Part shown: positions 47,430 to 57,211 of the stretch, piece by piece
Position numbering within the stretch: the first letter of the stretch is position 1
How the letters are laid out: every line of letters begins with the position of its first letter
Assembly: GCA_040219255.1 (NCBI GenBank)
Contig: JAVJSW010000008.1
Span: 32,001-96,000, forward strand
Direction: 5' to 3'
Origin: Sumerlaeia bacterium
Lineage (GTDB): Bacteria > Sumerlaeota > Sumerlaeia > SLMS01 > JAHLLQ01
Length of the DNA stretch: 64,000 nt
Notes under the pieces: model-generated
Database searches by the model: none
Told to the model about the DNA's origin: nothing
The model's input: only the letters and a program-made list of their open reading frames with translations
Made by a program: the position numbers and the translations under genes

Positions 47430-48782
47430 ATGGCCCGCTTCGATCTCAAGGACTCGGACTATTCCTTCAACGCTTCGTTGGACCCCTTCCTCGTGCTCAA
47501 GCGCATGGGTTTCACCGAGCAGTCGATCTATCAGGAAGGCAGCATCATCCGGATTCACTGCCCGATTCACCGGGATCTGGTTCGCAAGTCGCTCATCATC
47601 GACATCGAGGAAAAGACGTTCAAGTGCCAGTATTCGATGTGCGAGGCCCACGAAGGGGGCCTGCTCCTCGAGTTGGTGGCGATGTACTACGACTGCGAGA
47701 TCGCCGAGGTCGGGAAGAACCTCTTCGGCGACGAAGACAAGTCCACCGACCTGCTGTTCCGCGGTGAAATGTACATCAACAAGGGCATGCACTTGGAAGC
47801 GCTCCCCTATCTGGAGCAGGCGGCCCAGCTGAACGAGCGCAACGAGATCACGCTCTGCAAGCTGGCGGCGCTCTACCTGGAGCTTAACCGCAAGGACGAC
47901 GCTTACCGCGAGTATATGAAGGCGGCCGAGTCCTACGCGGTGCGCGGCGAGTTGGAAAAGACGCTTTCCATCTACAACATCCTGATCATGCTCCAGCCCG
48001 GGGCCGTGAAGGCGCGCAAGGAACTCTCCTACCTCTTCGCGCGCATGGGCCGGCCTGACGCCTCTGCCGAGCAGCTCAAGTGGGTGGTGGATTTCTATGT
48101 CCAGTACGGCCAGACCAAGGCCGCGGCGGACGCGATCAAGTCGCTGCTTGAGCTGGATCCGGAAAATCCCATGGCATTCCTGCTGAGCGCCCGCATCAAC
48201 CAGGAAACAGGCAAGCGCGTGCCCGCCATGCAGGCCTACGAGAAGGCTCTGCGGTTGTTCCTGGCGAAGGAAGAAGTGGTGCATGGGAGGACCGCCTTCG
48301 ATGAAGCGATCGCAATCGCCCCCGGCAACCCCCGATTGCGGGAACTGCAAACGCAGTTGGAAGCCCTGGAAGACAGATTGGCGGCGGAAGCGGCGGCGGC
48401 GGGCGACAGACCCTCCGAACCGGGCCAGGATTTCGAGGGCCAACTGATGGACTGGCTCGAAGAATCGACCGACCTCGACGTGCCCCAGAGCGAATTCCGG
48501 GAGGCGGCGAGCAACCTGAACAAGGAAATCTCGCGCGCGCCCACCGATACCGTCGAAATCCCGCCGGACGATCTGCGGGTGGCCATGTGCCTGGACGACA
48601 TGAAGAACATGACGGCGCAGCAGATCGAAGCGATGCGCAATCAGATCTTCACGATGTTCACCGATGTGCGCAAGACCTACGAAGACGGGCTGATTTCCGA
48701 ATGGGAAATGCGCACCATCAAGGATTTCTACAAATCGTTCTGCGTGGCGATGGACAAGTACCGCGAAGAATCGGCCGTCTAG
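47430..48782 (+). CDS. CHC2-type (primase-like) zinc finger + TPR protein
   Basis: IHCPIH...FKCQYSMC..GG, then TPR-like repeats (ALPYLEQAAQLN, LLELDPEN, AIAIAPGN) and a helical C-terminal domain. Confidence 0.8.
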   Translation: MARFDLKDSDYSFNASLDPFLVLKRMGFTEQSIYQEGSIIRIHCPIHRDLVRKSLIIDIEEKTFKCQYSMCEAHEGGLLLELVAMYYDCEIAEVGKNLFGDEDKSTDLLFRGEMYINKGMHLEALPYLEQAAQLNERNEITLCKLAALYLELNRKDDAYREYMKAAESYAVRGELEKTLSIYNILIMLQPGAVKARKELSYLFARMGRPDASAEQLKWVVDFYVQYGQTKAAADAIKSLLELDPENPMAFLLSARINQETGKRVPAMQAYEKALRLFLAKEEVVHGRTAFDEAIAIAPGNPRLRELQTQLEALEDRLAAEAAAAGDRPSEPGQDFEGQLMDWLEESTDLDVPQSEFREAASNLNKEISRAPTDTVEIPPDDLRVAMCLDDMKNMTAQQIEAMRNQIFTMFTDVRKTYEDGLISEWEMRTIKDFYKSFCVAMDKYREESAV

Positions 48783-48842
48783 AGGCACGATCCGCCCCAC
48801 CGGCTCCTCCCCGCCGGTCCCATTCCCTGACCAGGACCCATC

Positions 48843-50339
48843 GTGAGCGACCCGAACATTCTTCTCGAAGCCGCCCTCGGGGCCCGGCTCATCACGCGCA
48901 AACAGCTCGATCACATCCAGGAGGAAATGGCGGCCTTTCCCGGTCAGGACGCGGCCCAACTGCTGATCCGCAAGCACTTCCTTACGGTCGCCCAACTCGA
49001 ACGGCTGAAAACCCAGATGGCGGCCCAGGAAACCCAGAAGCTGGCGGACCCGGACGAGTCCCGCCCCATCCCCGCGATGCGGGTGGATGCTCCGGCCGAG
49101 GACGAAGAAACTCACCAAATCTCATCCGTTACCACCCCAAGACCGGTTCCTTCCGCCCAGCCCACCTCCCAGCCACAGCCGCGGCCCCAGCCACCCGCGC
49201 CGAGTCCAGCCGTCCCCGAACCAGAGCCGCCGTCACCCCGGTACCAGGACGACGAAGTCCAGGACGTCCGGCTTCCCAAGACTCTCAAGAACATGCTACA
49301 ACTGGCGCGCCACTGGGGTTGCTCCGACCTGCACATCAGCACCGGCCGCCCGCCGTTCGTCCGCATGAAGGGCGAAATCCGCTATATGGAAATGGAGCCT
49401 CTGACGCCGGAGCAGTCCTACAAACTCAACTTTCAACTCCTCGGCGAAGAGCAGCGCGAGGTGCTGGCGAAGGACATGACTCTGGACTTCGCGCTCGAAC
49501 TGCCGGGGACCGGACGCCATCGCTGCAACGTTTTCAAGCAGCGATTGGGTTGGGACGGTTCCTACCGCATCATTTCCAACGATATTCCAACCCTGGATCA
49601 GCTTGGCATGCCCGAGGTGCTGAAAACCCTGACGGAGTACCAGCAGGGCATGGTGATGGTGACGGGGCCGGGCCGGTCGGGTAAGACCACGACGGTCGCC
49701 GCGATGATCGATTACGTCAACCGCACGCGCGAAGACCACGTGATCACGGTCGAGGACCCGATCGAATACGTCCATCCGTCGCTGGGGTGCCAAGTGACGC
49801 AGCGCGAAATCGGTCCCCACTCCGAGTCTTTCGGAATGGCCCTGAGGGCGGCCCTGCGCGAGGATCCGGACATTATTTTCGTGGGCGAGTTGCGCGATCT
49901 GGAGACGATTTCCATCGCCATCACGGCGGCGGAGACGGGCCACCTGGTGTTCGGGACGCTGCACACCAGCAGCGCCGGCCGCACCATCAACCGGCTGCTC
50001 GACGTGTACCCGCCCAGCCAGCAGCAGCAAATCCGAACGATGGTCAGCGAGTCGCTCCGCGGCGTGATCTGTCAGAAGCTGCTTCCACGCAAAGGCGCGA
50101 CCGACCAGGTGCTTTGCCTGGAGGTGCTGGTGGTCAATTCCGCGGTAGCGCAGTTGATCCGCGACAAGAAGCTGCACCAGTTGGCGAGCGCCATGCAGGC
50201 GGGCAAACGGCTTGGCATGATCAGCATGGACGATTCGCTGATGATCCTCTACCAGCAGGGTTTCGTCACCGGTGCGGAAGCCTATCGCCACTCGGAAAAC
50301 AAATCGGCCTTCGAACCTTATCGCAACGACACGACTTAA
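48843..50339 (+). CDS. pilT: PilT/PilU retraction ATPase with N-terminal helical extension and Pro-rich linker
   Basis: SDLHI, Walker A GPGRSGKTT, TVEDPIEY, ALREDPD, GELRD, AETGH, TLHT and AVAQLIRD. Confidence 0.92.
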   Translation: MSDPNILLEAALGARLITRKQLDHIQEEMAAFPGQDAAQLLIRKHFLTVAQLERLKTQMAAQETQKLADPDESRPIPAMRVDAPAEDEETHQISSVTTPRPVPSAQPTSQPQPRPQPPAPSPAVPEPEPPSPRYQDDEVQDVRLPKTLKNMLQLARHWGCSDLHISTGRPPFVRMKGEIRYMEMEPLTPEQSYKLNFQLLGEEQREVLAKDMTLDFALELPGTGRHRCNVFKQRLGWDGSYRIISNDIPTLDQLGMPEVLKTLTEYQQGMVMVTGPGRSGKTTTVAAMIDYVNRTREDHVITVEDPIEYVHPSLGCQVTQREIGPHSESFGMALRAALREDPDIIFVGELRDLETISIAITAAETGHLVFGTLHTSSAGRTINRLLDVYPPSQQQQIRTMVSESLRGVICQKLLPRKGATDQVLCLEVLVVNSAVAQLIRDKKLHQLASAMQAGKRLGMISMDDSLMILYQQGFVTGAEAYRHSENKSAFEPYRNDTT

Positions 50340-50363
50340 ACCTGCCAGGAGTCGCCGGTCATC

Positions 50364-51446
50364 ATGGCGGTTATCGATCAACTTTTCGACATCATGCTCG
50401 CGCACGGCGCCTCGGACTTGCACCTCGCGGAGGACAAGCCGCCCAAGCTGCGCCTGCACGGCCGGGTGGAAGTCATCCAGAACTGGCCCGCGCTCGAGCG
50501 TGAGCGGCTGCGCGGAATGCTGGAGGAAATCTGCGACGAGCCCCGCTGGGAGTCTTTCGAGCGCACCGGCGACATGGACTTCGCCTACTCCTACCCGGGC
50601 AAGGCGCGCTTCCGGTGCAATTTCAACAAGCAGTACACCGGCTATGGAGCCGTCTTCCGCGTCATTCCTTCGCGGATTCTGACGCTGGCCGAACTCAGGG
50701 CTCCGGAAGTCCTCAAGTCCTTCGGCGACTACGCCGCCGGCCTGGTCCTGATCACCGGACCCACCGGCAGCGGCAAGAGCACGACCCTTGCCGGCATCAT
50801 CGATCACATCAACTCGACTTACGCCAAGCATATCCTGACCATCGAAGAGCCGATCGAATTCGTCCATCCGGTCAAGAAATCGACCATCGCGCAGCGAGAA
50901 GTCCACATCGACACGCCAAGCTTCAGCGAAGCTCTGCGCACCGCTTCGCGGCAAGACGTGGACGTGATCCTGGTGGGCGAAATGCGCGATCTGGAGACGA
51001 TCAACCTGGCGGTGACGGCGGCGGAAACGGGCGCGCTGGTCTTCGGCACGCTCCACACCAACAACGCCATCAAGACCATCGACCGGATCATCGACGTGTT
51101 TCCGAGCGATCAGCAGGAGCAAATCCGGTCGACCATCGCGGAGTCGCTCCGCGCCATCTGCGCCCAGTTGCTGCTACGCACCGCCGACGGCAAGGGCCGC
51201 CGCGCGGCGCAGGAAATCCTGCTCCAGACCCGCGCCGTGGCGAACTACATCCGCGAGAAGAAGGTTTCCCAAATCAACCAGGTCATCATGTCGAACAAGA
51301 ACATGGGCATGCAGCTCATGGACGACTGCATCGAGGGGTTCCTGAACGAGGGCGTCGTGGACCCGCAGGAAGCGTATATGAAGGCCATCGACAAGGAACG
51401 TTTTCGCGGCCGCCTGACCGACCCCAACCTGAAGGCGCTCGGTTGA
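50364..51446 (+). CDS. pilT: PilT/PilU retraction ATPase
   Basis: ASDLHL, GPTGSGKST, TIEEPIEF, GEMRD, AETG, TLHT and AVANYIRE. Confidence 0.95.
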   Translation: MAVIDQLFDIMLAHGASDLHLAEDKPPKLRLHGRVEVIQNWPALERERLRGMLEEICDEPRWESFERTGDMDFAYSYPGKARFRCNFNKQYTGYGAVFRVIPSRILTLAELRAPEVLKSFGDYAAGLVLITGPTGSGKSTTLAGIIDHINSTYAKHILTIEEPIEFVHPVKKSTIAQREVHIDTPSFSEALRTASRQDVDVILVGEMRDLETINLAVTAAETGALVFGTLHTNNAIKTIDRIIDVFPSDQQEQIRSTIAESLRAICAQLLLRTADGKGRRAAQEILLQTRAVANYIREKKVSQINQVIMSNKNMGMQLMDDCIEGFLNEGVVDPQEAYMKAIDKERFRGRLTDPNLKALG

Positions 51447-52615
51447 CGGCGCCTCCGGCCAAGCTCCGCCGCGAGCCGGTGCCGGGCGGATTCGCCATCC
51501 ATTCCGACAACCTGCCCGCCCTGCTGGACCTGGCGAAGGAATCGCCCTCCGCTTTCGATCTCATCTACATTGATCCGCCTTATAACACAGGCGATCCTCA
51601 GGTCGCCTACCCGGATCGGATCTCCCATCCCCAATGGGTCGCCATGATGCGCGACCGGCTGGCGGCAGCCTTGCCGCTGCTGGCGCCGGGGGGGGCGCTG
51701 GCTATCAGCATCAACGAGGAAATGCTGGCCCGGCTCAAGATCCTCCTCGACGATGAATTCTCGCCGCCGCTGCGCTTTCGGCTCCTGCAAACGGTGCAGG
51801 TCCGTCACCCCGACCGCATTCTCAAGGCGGACAAGGCCTTTCGCGAAGTCACCGAATTCCTTCTGCTCTACGGAATGCCTCGATTTCTGCCAGGCCGCAT
51901 GGACGTTCCGGCCGAATCCGACGAGCGCTACCTCTGGAGTATCGAAGCAAAGGGTCCACCCGCCTGGGCGCGGGAGATGGGCGGCCGGGCGGTGGAGGCT
52001 TTCGCTCCCGGTTCCTTCACGATCCGCCGCGCCGCCCCCGCCCCGGATAAGCTCAAACGAATCAACATTCGAGGAACGCTTCGGGAAGGCAATTCGAGCG
52101 GGCGCTTCTTCGTTCGTTGGCTGGAAGACGATTTCGAAAAACACCGGGACTGGCTGTTCCGGGCCGAGGGAATCGGGGCGGACGGGCTGGGCTTTCGATG
52201 GTTCCACATTCCCCCCGCCGGCCGGCGCAAGAATGGGGATTATTTCCAGGGCTTGCCGCTTCGGCCGCCGAGCCGCGCCGGTTTGCCCTTTTCCAACTTG
52301 GTCGATTTCACGGATGAATTCAATCGCGTCGGTTACGAGGGCGGCGTGCGCTTTCGCTGGGGCAAGAAGCCTCTCGCGTTCCTGCACCACGTCTTCGACA
52401 TGGCGGGTTTGCGCGACAAGCCCCAAGCGCGCGTGCTGGATTTTTTCGCCGGCAGCGGCAGCACGGGCCACGCCGTCGTTGCCTACAACGCCCGCCACGG
52501 CGGCGGCCGCTCGCATATCTTGATCGAGCAGGCGGATTACTTCGACGACGTCTTGCTCAAGCGCCTCCGGGCTTTGGAGGGCCAAGGAGTACCTAACGGT
52601 TCCGCGGAGCCGTGA
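51443..52615 (+). CDS. Orphan beta-class amino DNA methyltransferase (type III Mod-like)
   Basis: IYIDPPYNTG (motif IV) precedes GKKP and VLDFFAGSGSTG (motif I). TTG start overlaps the pilT stop. Confidence 0.85.
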   Translation: MTAPPAKLRREPVPGGFAIHSDNLPALLDLAKESPSAFDLIYIDPPYNTGDPQVAYPDRISHPQWVAMMRDRLAAALPLLAPGGALAISINEEMLARLKILLDDEFSPPLRFRLLQTVQVRHPDRILKADKAFREVTEFLLLYGMPRFLPGRMDVPAESDERYLWSIEAKGPPAWAREMGGRAVEAFAPGSFTIRRAAPAPDKLKRINIRGTLREGNSSGRFFVRWLEDDFEKHRDWLFRAEGIGADGLGFRWFHIPPAGRRKNGDYFQGLPLRPPSRAGLPFSNLVDFTDEFNRVGYEGGVRFRWGKKPLAFLHHVFDMAGLRDKPQARVLDFFAGSGSTGHAVVAYNARHGGGRSHILIEQADYFDDVLLKRLRALEGQGVPNGSAEP

Positions 52616-52677
52616 GTCCCCTACTATGGCGCGGGCCCTGGTTGGCGGGTCCGGCTGGATTTCTTCAAGGACGACTT

Positions 52678-55600
52678 ATGGTCTTTCCCCGATCGCTTCC
52701 GCTGATTCTTGCCGCTGTCTGGCACGCCTTATCGATCGTGCCCGGCTTCGCGCAGGCAGCTCCGTTGCCGCCGGGGGGTCTGCTCTCGCCCAGCCGTCCG
52801 GCCCTCTTGCTGCCCGTGACAGAGGTCCGCAGCCATCCGGACCGAGTGGCGTTTTCCCTTACCGTTCCGGCAAGCGAGCGGAACGAGAAGAGTGTCGCGG
52901 CTCTCTTCGCCACGCCGCCGGGCAGCGTGACCCTGCATGTGGAGTCGGTGACACTGGCCCATTTCCGCACAGCGAACCGCGTGACCCTGACGGATCGGGA
53001 GAAGCTGCGTCCGTTGCTGGAGCAGCCGCGCTTCAAGCAAGCCGTCAACGCGAAGGTCCTGGGGGATTTGCGCGGCGTGCAGTTGACGCGCCTGCTGCTC
53101 GACCCCCGCGCCCACTTCGTCCACGAGAGCGACCGCTATGAGTTGATCGCTCTGGAAGCGGAATTGCGCTTTCAGACTTGGGAACCGCGGGAGCTGGCGG
53201 ACTCGGCGCTGACGGACCCGGCCAGCCCGATGCGGCTCTTGCTGGACAAGGCGGTCGTGAACCCGGAGGCGATCCCGGCCTATGCCCGGAACACAGCGGC
53301 GGCGCCCGCGAAGGATTTCCCCCAAGCCGCCACCTGGCAGCCGCTGCCTGGAGAATCGGCGGCGGAGTTTCCCTGGCGCAAGATTCCCGTCGCGGCCAAC
53401 GACCTCTATATCATCGACGGCCGCTGGCTGAGCCAGGAAGGCCTGGACCCGGCCGCGGTGGCGCCGGAGCGGCTGCGGCTCGTGTCGCGGGGCGAATCCG
53501 TGGAACTGTTTCGCCTCGGCGGAGAGACCTTCTCGCGGGGCGCACGGTTGGTCTTCGCCGGCCAAGGCAGCGACTCCGAGCACACGACCGAGCGCATGTA
53601 CTGGCTCGGCATGGCCCCCGACGAAGCGACGACGGCGGCGCTGATCGCCGAGCGGCCGGAACCGCCGGCGGACACCGGCGCTTACCTGCCGGTCCAGACG
53701 ACCCGCCGCCGCCTCGTTGTGGAGGAAGACCTGGAAATGAAGACGCGGGTGGGCAATTTCCTCAGCATCCGCGAGCTGACCTGGGTCTGGCGCCAACTGC
53801 CCTGGCAAACGAGAGAAAGCTTCGAATTCTACGCGCCCGGGCTGGCCTTTCCCGCACCGCCGGCCACCGGACAAATCGACTTCTATTTCGCCGGAACGGG
53901 CCTGCGCCGCGTGGTGCGGCTGGACGGTTATCTGAACGGCGAAAAGGTGATTTCCGCCGCGAACGTGCATCCGCGGATCGATACGCTGGAGTTTAACATT
54001 CCGGCGGGCGTCCTGAAGAACGATCGGAACGTGTTGGAACTCGAGATTCTCGATAAGGAAAGCGGCAATCAGCCCTCGCCGGTGTACCTCAATCGCTTCG
54101 CGCTGCGTTACGAGAGTCTGATCAAGGCCACGGCGGGGCGAATGGCCCTGAATTTCGAGGACGACACGGCGACCAGCGGGCCTGTCATGCTGGAGGCGAT
54201 CGGCTTCCGGAGGGGCCGCATGCTGGCGCTGGACTTGACGGATCCGTCCCGGCCCGAACTTCTGCCCTCGGTGCCGGAACGAAGCCAGACCCACGTTTAC
54301 GCCGATGTGACATCTCGAACGCGATTGCTCCTGGTGGAGGACGACTCTCTGACGCGGGCGCCACAGTCGCGGCCTTCGGATTGGGCCGCGGTGCGCGAGG
54401 AGAACCAGAGCGCCGACGTGCTGCTGATCGCCCATAACGAGTTCCGCGAGGCCGCCGAACGATTGGCGGCGGACCTGCGCAGCGCGGGGCGGGAAACCCG
54501 GCTCGTGGACGTGGCCTCGCTCTACGACGCCTACAGCCATGGTGAAGTCTCCCCCGCCGCCATCCGGCTTTATATCCGCGACGCAGTGACGCGGTGGACG
54601 GGCCGGCGCCCCGCGGCGGCGATCCTGATCGGCGATTGCACCAGCGACGGGCGCAACCGGTCGCGCACCGGAGTGCGCAATTACCTGCCGACGATTTCCC
54701 TCAGCAAGGGCAGCCGTGAAAACCTCGACACCTTCGCATCCGACCACGTTTACGCCCAGGTCATGGGCGAAGACGAATTGGGCGATTTGCTGATTGGCCG
54801 CCTGTCGGTCGCCACCCCGGAAGACGCCGCCACCGTGGTCGACAAGATCGTGGCCTACCGGCGACTGAGCCACGAAGACTGGGCCGGTGCGTTCTTGAGT
54901 CTGGCCGATGGCGAGGAATTCCAGGAAACGGCGGAGATCGTTGCGGAGAAAGCCATGTCTCCCCGCCTGTTTCACCGGCACATTTCCCTCGCCGAGATGC
55001 AGTGGGAGGAAAACTACTACCTCCTGCCCCAGTACATCAGCGGACTCGAAGCGCGCGTCTCCTCGCACGCGACGGACCTCCTGGAGGCGGCGGTCGAAGA
55101 GGGCCTCGGAATGGTCACGTTCTATGGCCACGGCTCGCCCAACATCTGGTCGAATCAGCGCATCTGGTTCGGCGGCGACAGCGCCAACAGCGACAACCTG
55201 CGCTTGGACAACGGGAGCAAACTCCCCTACTTCGTCTCCTACACATGTAACAATGGAGCCATCGATTATCCGCTGCCGCGCTGGAACGTCAACATCGCCG
55301 AGGACGCCATGCGGGTCCAGGGCGGCGGTTTCATCGGCTGCTGGGTTCCTTCCGGGCCGGGATTCAGTTACCGGCACCGGTACATTTCCCAGGGACTCAA
55401 TCAGGCGATCAGCCACCTGGACGTGCGCAATGTGGCGGTTGCGGCGGAGCTGGGCCGATTGTCCTATCAGGCGACTCTGGGGCCGGACGATCATTCGCAA
55501 ATGTACATCTTCCTGGGTGATCCGACGCTGGAATTGCCCATGCCCGAGATGCCGGAAGAGGGACTTCGGGCTCAAATTCTGAGAACTACGCCGCGTGTCC

Positions 55601-57189
55601 TGAAGCTCGAGCTGTATGGTGCGGAATGGAAGGAAGCGGTCGGGACGCTGAGGACGGAAACTGGCGTCCTGATCGGTACGACACGGCTCCACCCGGCCGG
55701 CCCGCGCGCCATGCAGGGCGAAATCGCGCTGCCCATGGACGTGCCCGGCGGGGTTTTGAACGCCACCGTGCAAGCCAAGAATGCCGACGGCATCCCCCAT
55801 CAGTTCGGTCAGATCTTCCCCGTGGAAGCCCCCGACATCGTGGTGACGGACTTGCGCCGCGCCACCGACCGGCCGACGACGGCGCCTCTCCAGCGGATCG
55901 AAGCGCTAATCGAGAACCGGGGACGGTTCGAGGCGGAGTCGGAAATCATCCTGTCACGATGGACGGCGGATGGCCCGGTGCGGCTGACGAACGAACGAAT
56001 TCGCCTGTCGCCTGGCGAGTTCCTCGTCTGGGGCTGGGAGGCCGAGCTGCCGCCGGGCGCTCATGTGTACCAGGCCGAACTGACCCCCGCCCGGTCGGAG
56101 AATAACCGAGCCGGTTTTCCGACTGCGGACGCCTACGCCGCACTGGTGACCGGCGAGGCGGATGCGGAGCAGGCGCGCTTCGCGGTGCCGGCGCAACCGT
56201 TCCTCTTCCGCCCCAGCCAAGAAGGCAGCCAAATGACGCTTGAATTCCATTTGGCGAACACCGGCTCGGCGGACGATTACGCGACGCTGAACTACGCGGT
56301 GGAGGGGCCCGGCGTAACGAGCTTTGACGGGAAGAAAAGCATCGGTCATATGCCCGCCCAGAGCGGTGCCTACGCCCTGGTGGTACCGCGCATCGAAGAA
56401 AGGGTCTGGTCCGAAGGTGCGCGGATGCGTCTCTCCGCGTCGCCGACGAACGACGCGCTGGCGATCGCGCCAACTGGAAGACTCACGGCGGAGATTTCTC
56501 CCATCGATCTGCCCGATCTGCGCTTTCGACCCGAGTCAGTGAAGCTGCAAACGCCCGCCGTTGGCCAAGGGCAGACGGTCCTGGTGGAGGGCATCGTGGA
56601 AAACGCGGGCGGCGGCATCGCCCCGGCAACGGAAGTTCAACTCTATCCCGGATCGGAAATGAAAGGTCCAGGGACGCGGAAGCTGTTTTCGGCGATCACC
56701 CACCCCGGAGCGGCGATCCCGCCCCTGCAGCCAGGCGAGTCGTACAAATTCCGGGCGCGCTGGGATCCGGACAAGGACCTCGGCAAGCAGTCGTTCCATG
56801 TGGTGGTGGGCGAAAATCGCAACGTGGTGGAGCGTGATTGGGAAAACAACTCCGCCCCCCTCACGGTGGAAATCCGCAAGCTGTGGGAGTTGAGCCCGTT
56901 GCCCCTGCGGTTCGCCAAGGGCTCCGAGCCGGGGACGGCCCTGCTCCTGGCGGAGGTCGCCAACACCGGCGAAACGGACGCTGAGCTGGTCGTTGTGGAG
57001 TTCTACGGGGACAAGGAAACGACGGCGGAAAATAGCCTGGGAACGGTGACAATCCCAATCGTTCCGGCGGGTCAACAGCGGCTGGCGCAATTTGAGTGGG
57101 ACCTGCGCGGGCTCGATCCGTCGATTCCCCGGGAACCGTCCTACAGTGTGGGCTTAAGAGGGAGCATGCGGCGCTACGCCCCGAAGTGA
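52678..57189 (+). CDS. Large secreted C25 (gingipain/PorU-like) cysteine peptidase with C-terminal CARDB/Ig-like domains
   Basis: Signal peptide. LIGD, ASDHVY, IGRL, KIVAY, catalytic FYGHGS and YTCNNG, FLGDP, then PDL...VENAG...ERDWENN. Alternative GTG start at 52612. Confidence 0.85.
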   Translation: MVFPRSLPLILAAVWHALSIVPGFAQAAPLPPGGLLSPSRPALLLPVTEVRSHPDRVAFSLTVPASERNEKSVAALFATPPGSVTLHVESVTLAHFRTANRVTLTDREKLRPLLEQPRFKQAVNAKVLGDLRGVQLTRLLLDPRAHFVHESDRYELIALEAELRFQTWEPRELADSALTDPASPMRLLLDKAVVNPEAIPAYARNTAAAPAKDFPQAATWQPLPGESAAEFPWRKIPVAANDLYIIDGRWLSQEGLDPAAVAPERLRLVSRGESVELFRLGGETFSRGARLVFAGQGSDSEHTTERMYWLGMAPDEATTAALIAERPEPPADTGAYLPVQTTRRRLVVEEDLEMKTRVGNFLSIRELTWVWRQLPWQTRESFEFYAPGLAFPAPPATGQIDFYFAGTGLRRVVRLDGYLNGEKVISAANVHPRIDTLEFNIPAGVLKNDRNVLELEILDKESGNQPSPVYLNRFALRYESLIKATAGRMALNFEDDTATSGPVMLEAIGFRRGRMLALDLTDPSRPELLPSVPERSQTHVYADVTSRTRLLLVEDDSLTRAPQSRPSDWAAVREENQSADVLLIAHNEFREAAERLAADLRSAGRETRLVDVASLYDAYSHGEVSPAAIRLYIRDAVTRWTGRRPAAAILIGDCTSDGRNRSRTGVRNYLPTISLSKGSRENLDTFASDHVYAQVMGEDELGDLLIGRLSVATPEDAATVVDKIVAYRRLSHEDWAGAFLSLADGEEFQETAEIVAEKAMSPRLFHRHISLAEMQWEENYYLLPQYISGLEARVSSHATDLLEAAVEEGLGMVTFYGHGSPNIWSNQRIWFGGDSANSDNLRLDNGSKLPYFVSYTCNNGAIDYPLPRWNVNIAEDAMRVQGGGFIGCWVPSGPGFSYRHRYISQGLNQAISHLDVRNVAVAAELGRLSYQATLGPDDHSQMYIFLGDPTLELPMPEMPEEGLRAQILRTTPRVLKLELYGAEWKEAVGTLRTETGVLIGTTRLHPAGPRAMQGEIALPMDVPGGVLNATVQAKNADGIPHQFGQIFPVEAPDIVVTDLRRATDRPTTAPLQRIEALIENRGRFEAESEIILSRWTADGPVRLTNERIRLSPGEFLVWGWEAELPPGAHVYQAELTPARSENNRAGFPTADAYAALVTGEADAEQARFAVPAQPFLFRPSQEGSQMTLEFHLANTGSADDYATLNYAVEGPGVTSFDGKKSIGHMPAQSGAYALVVPRIEERVWSEGARMRLSASPTNDALAIAPTGRLTAEISPIDLPDLRFRPESVKLQTPAVGQGQTVLVEGIVENAGGGIAPATEVQLYPGSEMKGPGTRKLFSAITHPGAAIPPLQPGESYKFRARWDPDKDLGKQSFHVVVGENRNVVERDWENNSAPLTVEIRKLWELSPLPLRFAKGSEPGTALLLAEVANTGETDAELVVVEFYGDKETTAENSLGTVTIPIVPAGQQRLAQFEWDLRGLDPSIPREPSYSVGLRGSMRRYAPK

Positions 57190-57211
57190 GGCGCGTCGCG
57201 ACAAAGAAGGA

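Noticed and set aside
50615-51442. Long N-terminal extension of the methyltransferase ORF, suggesting a PilT-MTase frameshift fusion
   Set aside because: It is an Arg-rich alternative frame inside pilT. pilT ends normally and a TTGA-coupled start explains the MTase. No slippery site was seen.
51443-52615. Type III R-M system or phase-variable mod
   Set aside because: No res gene in the window and no simple-sequence repeat tract seen in the gene.
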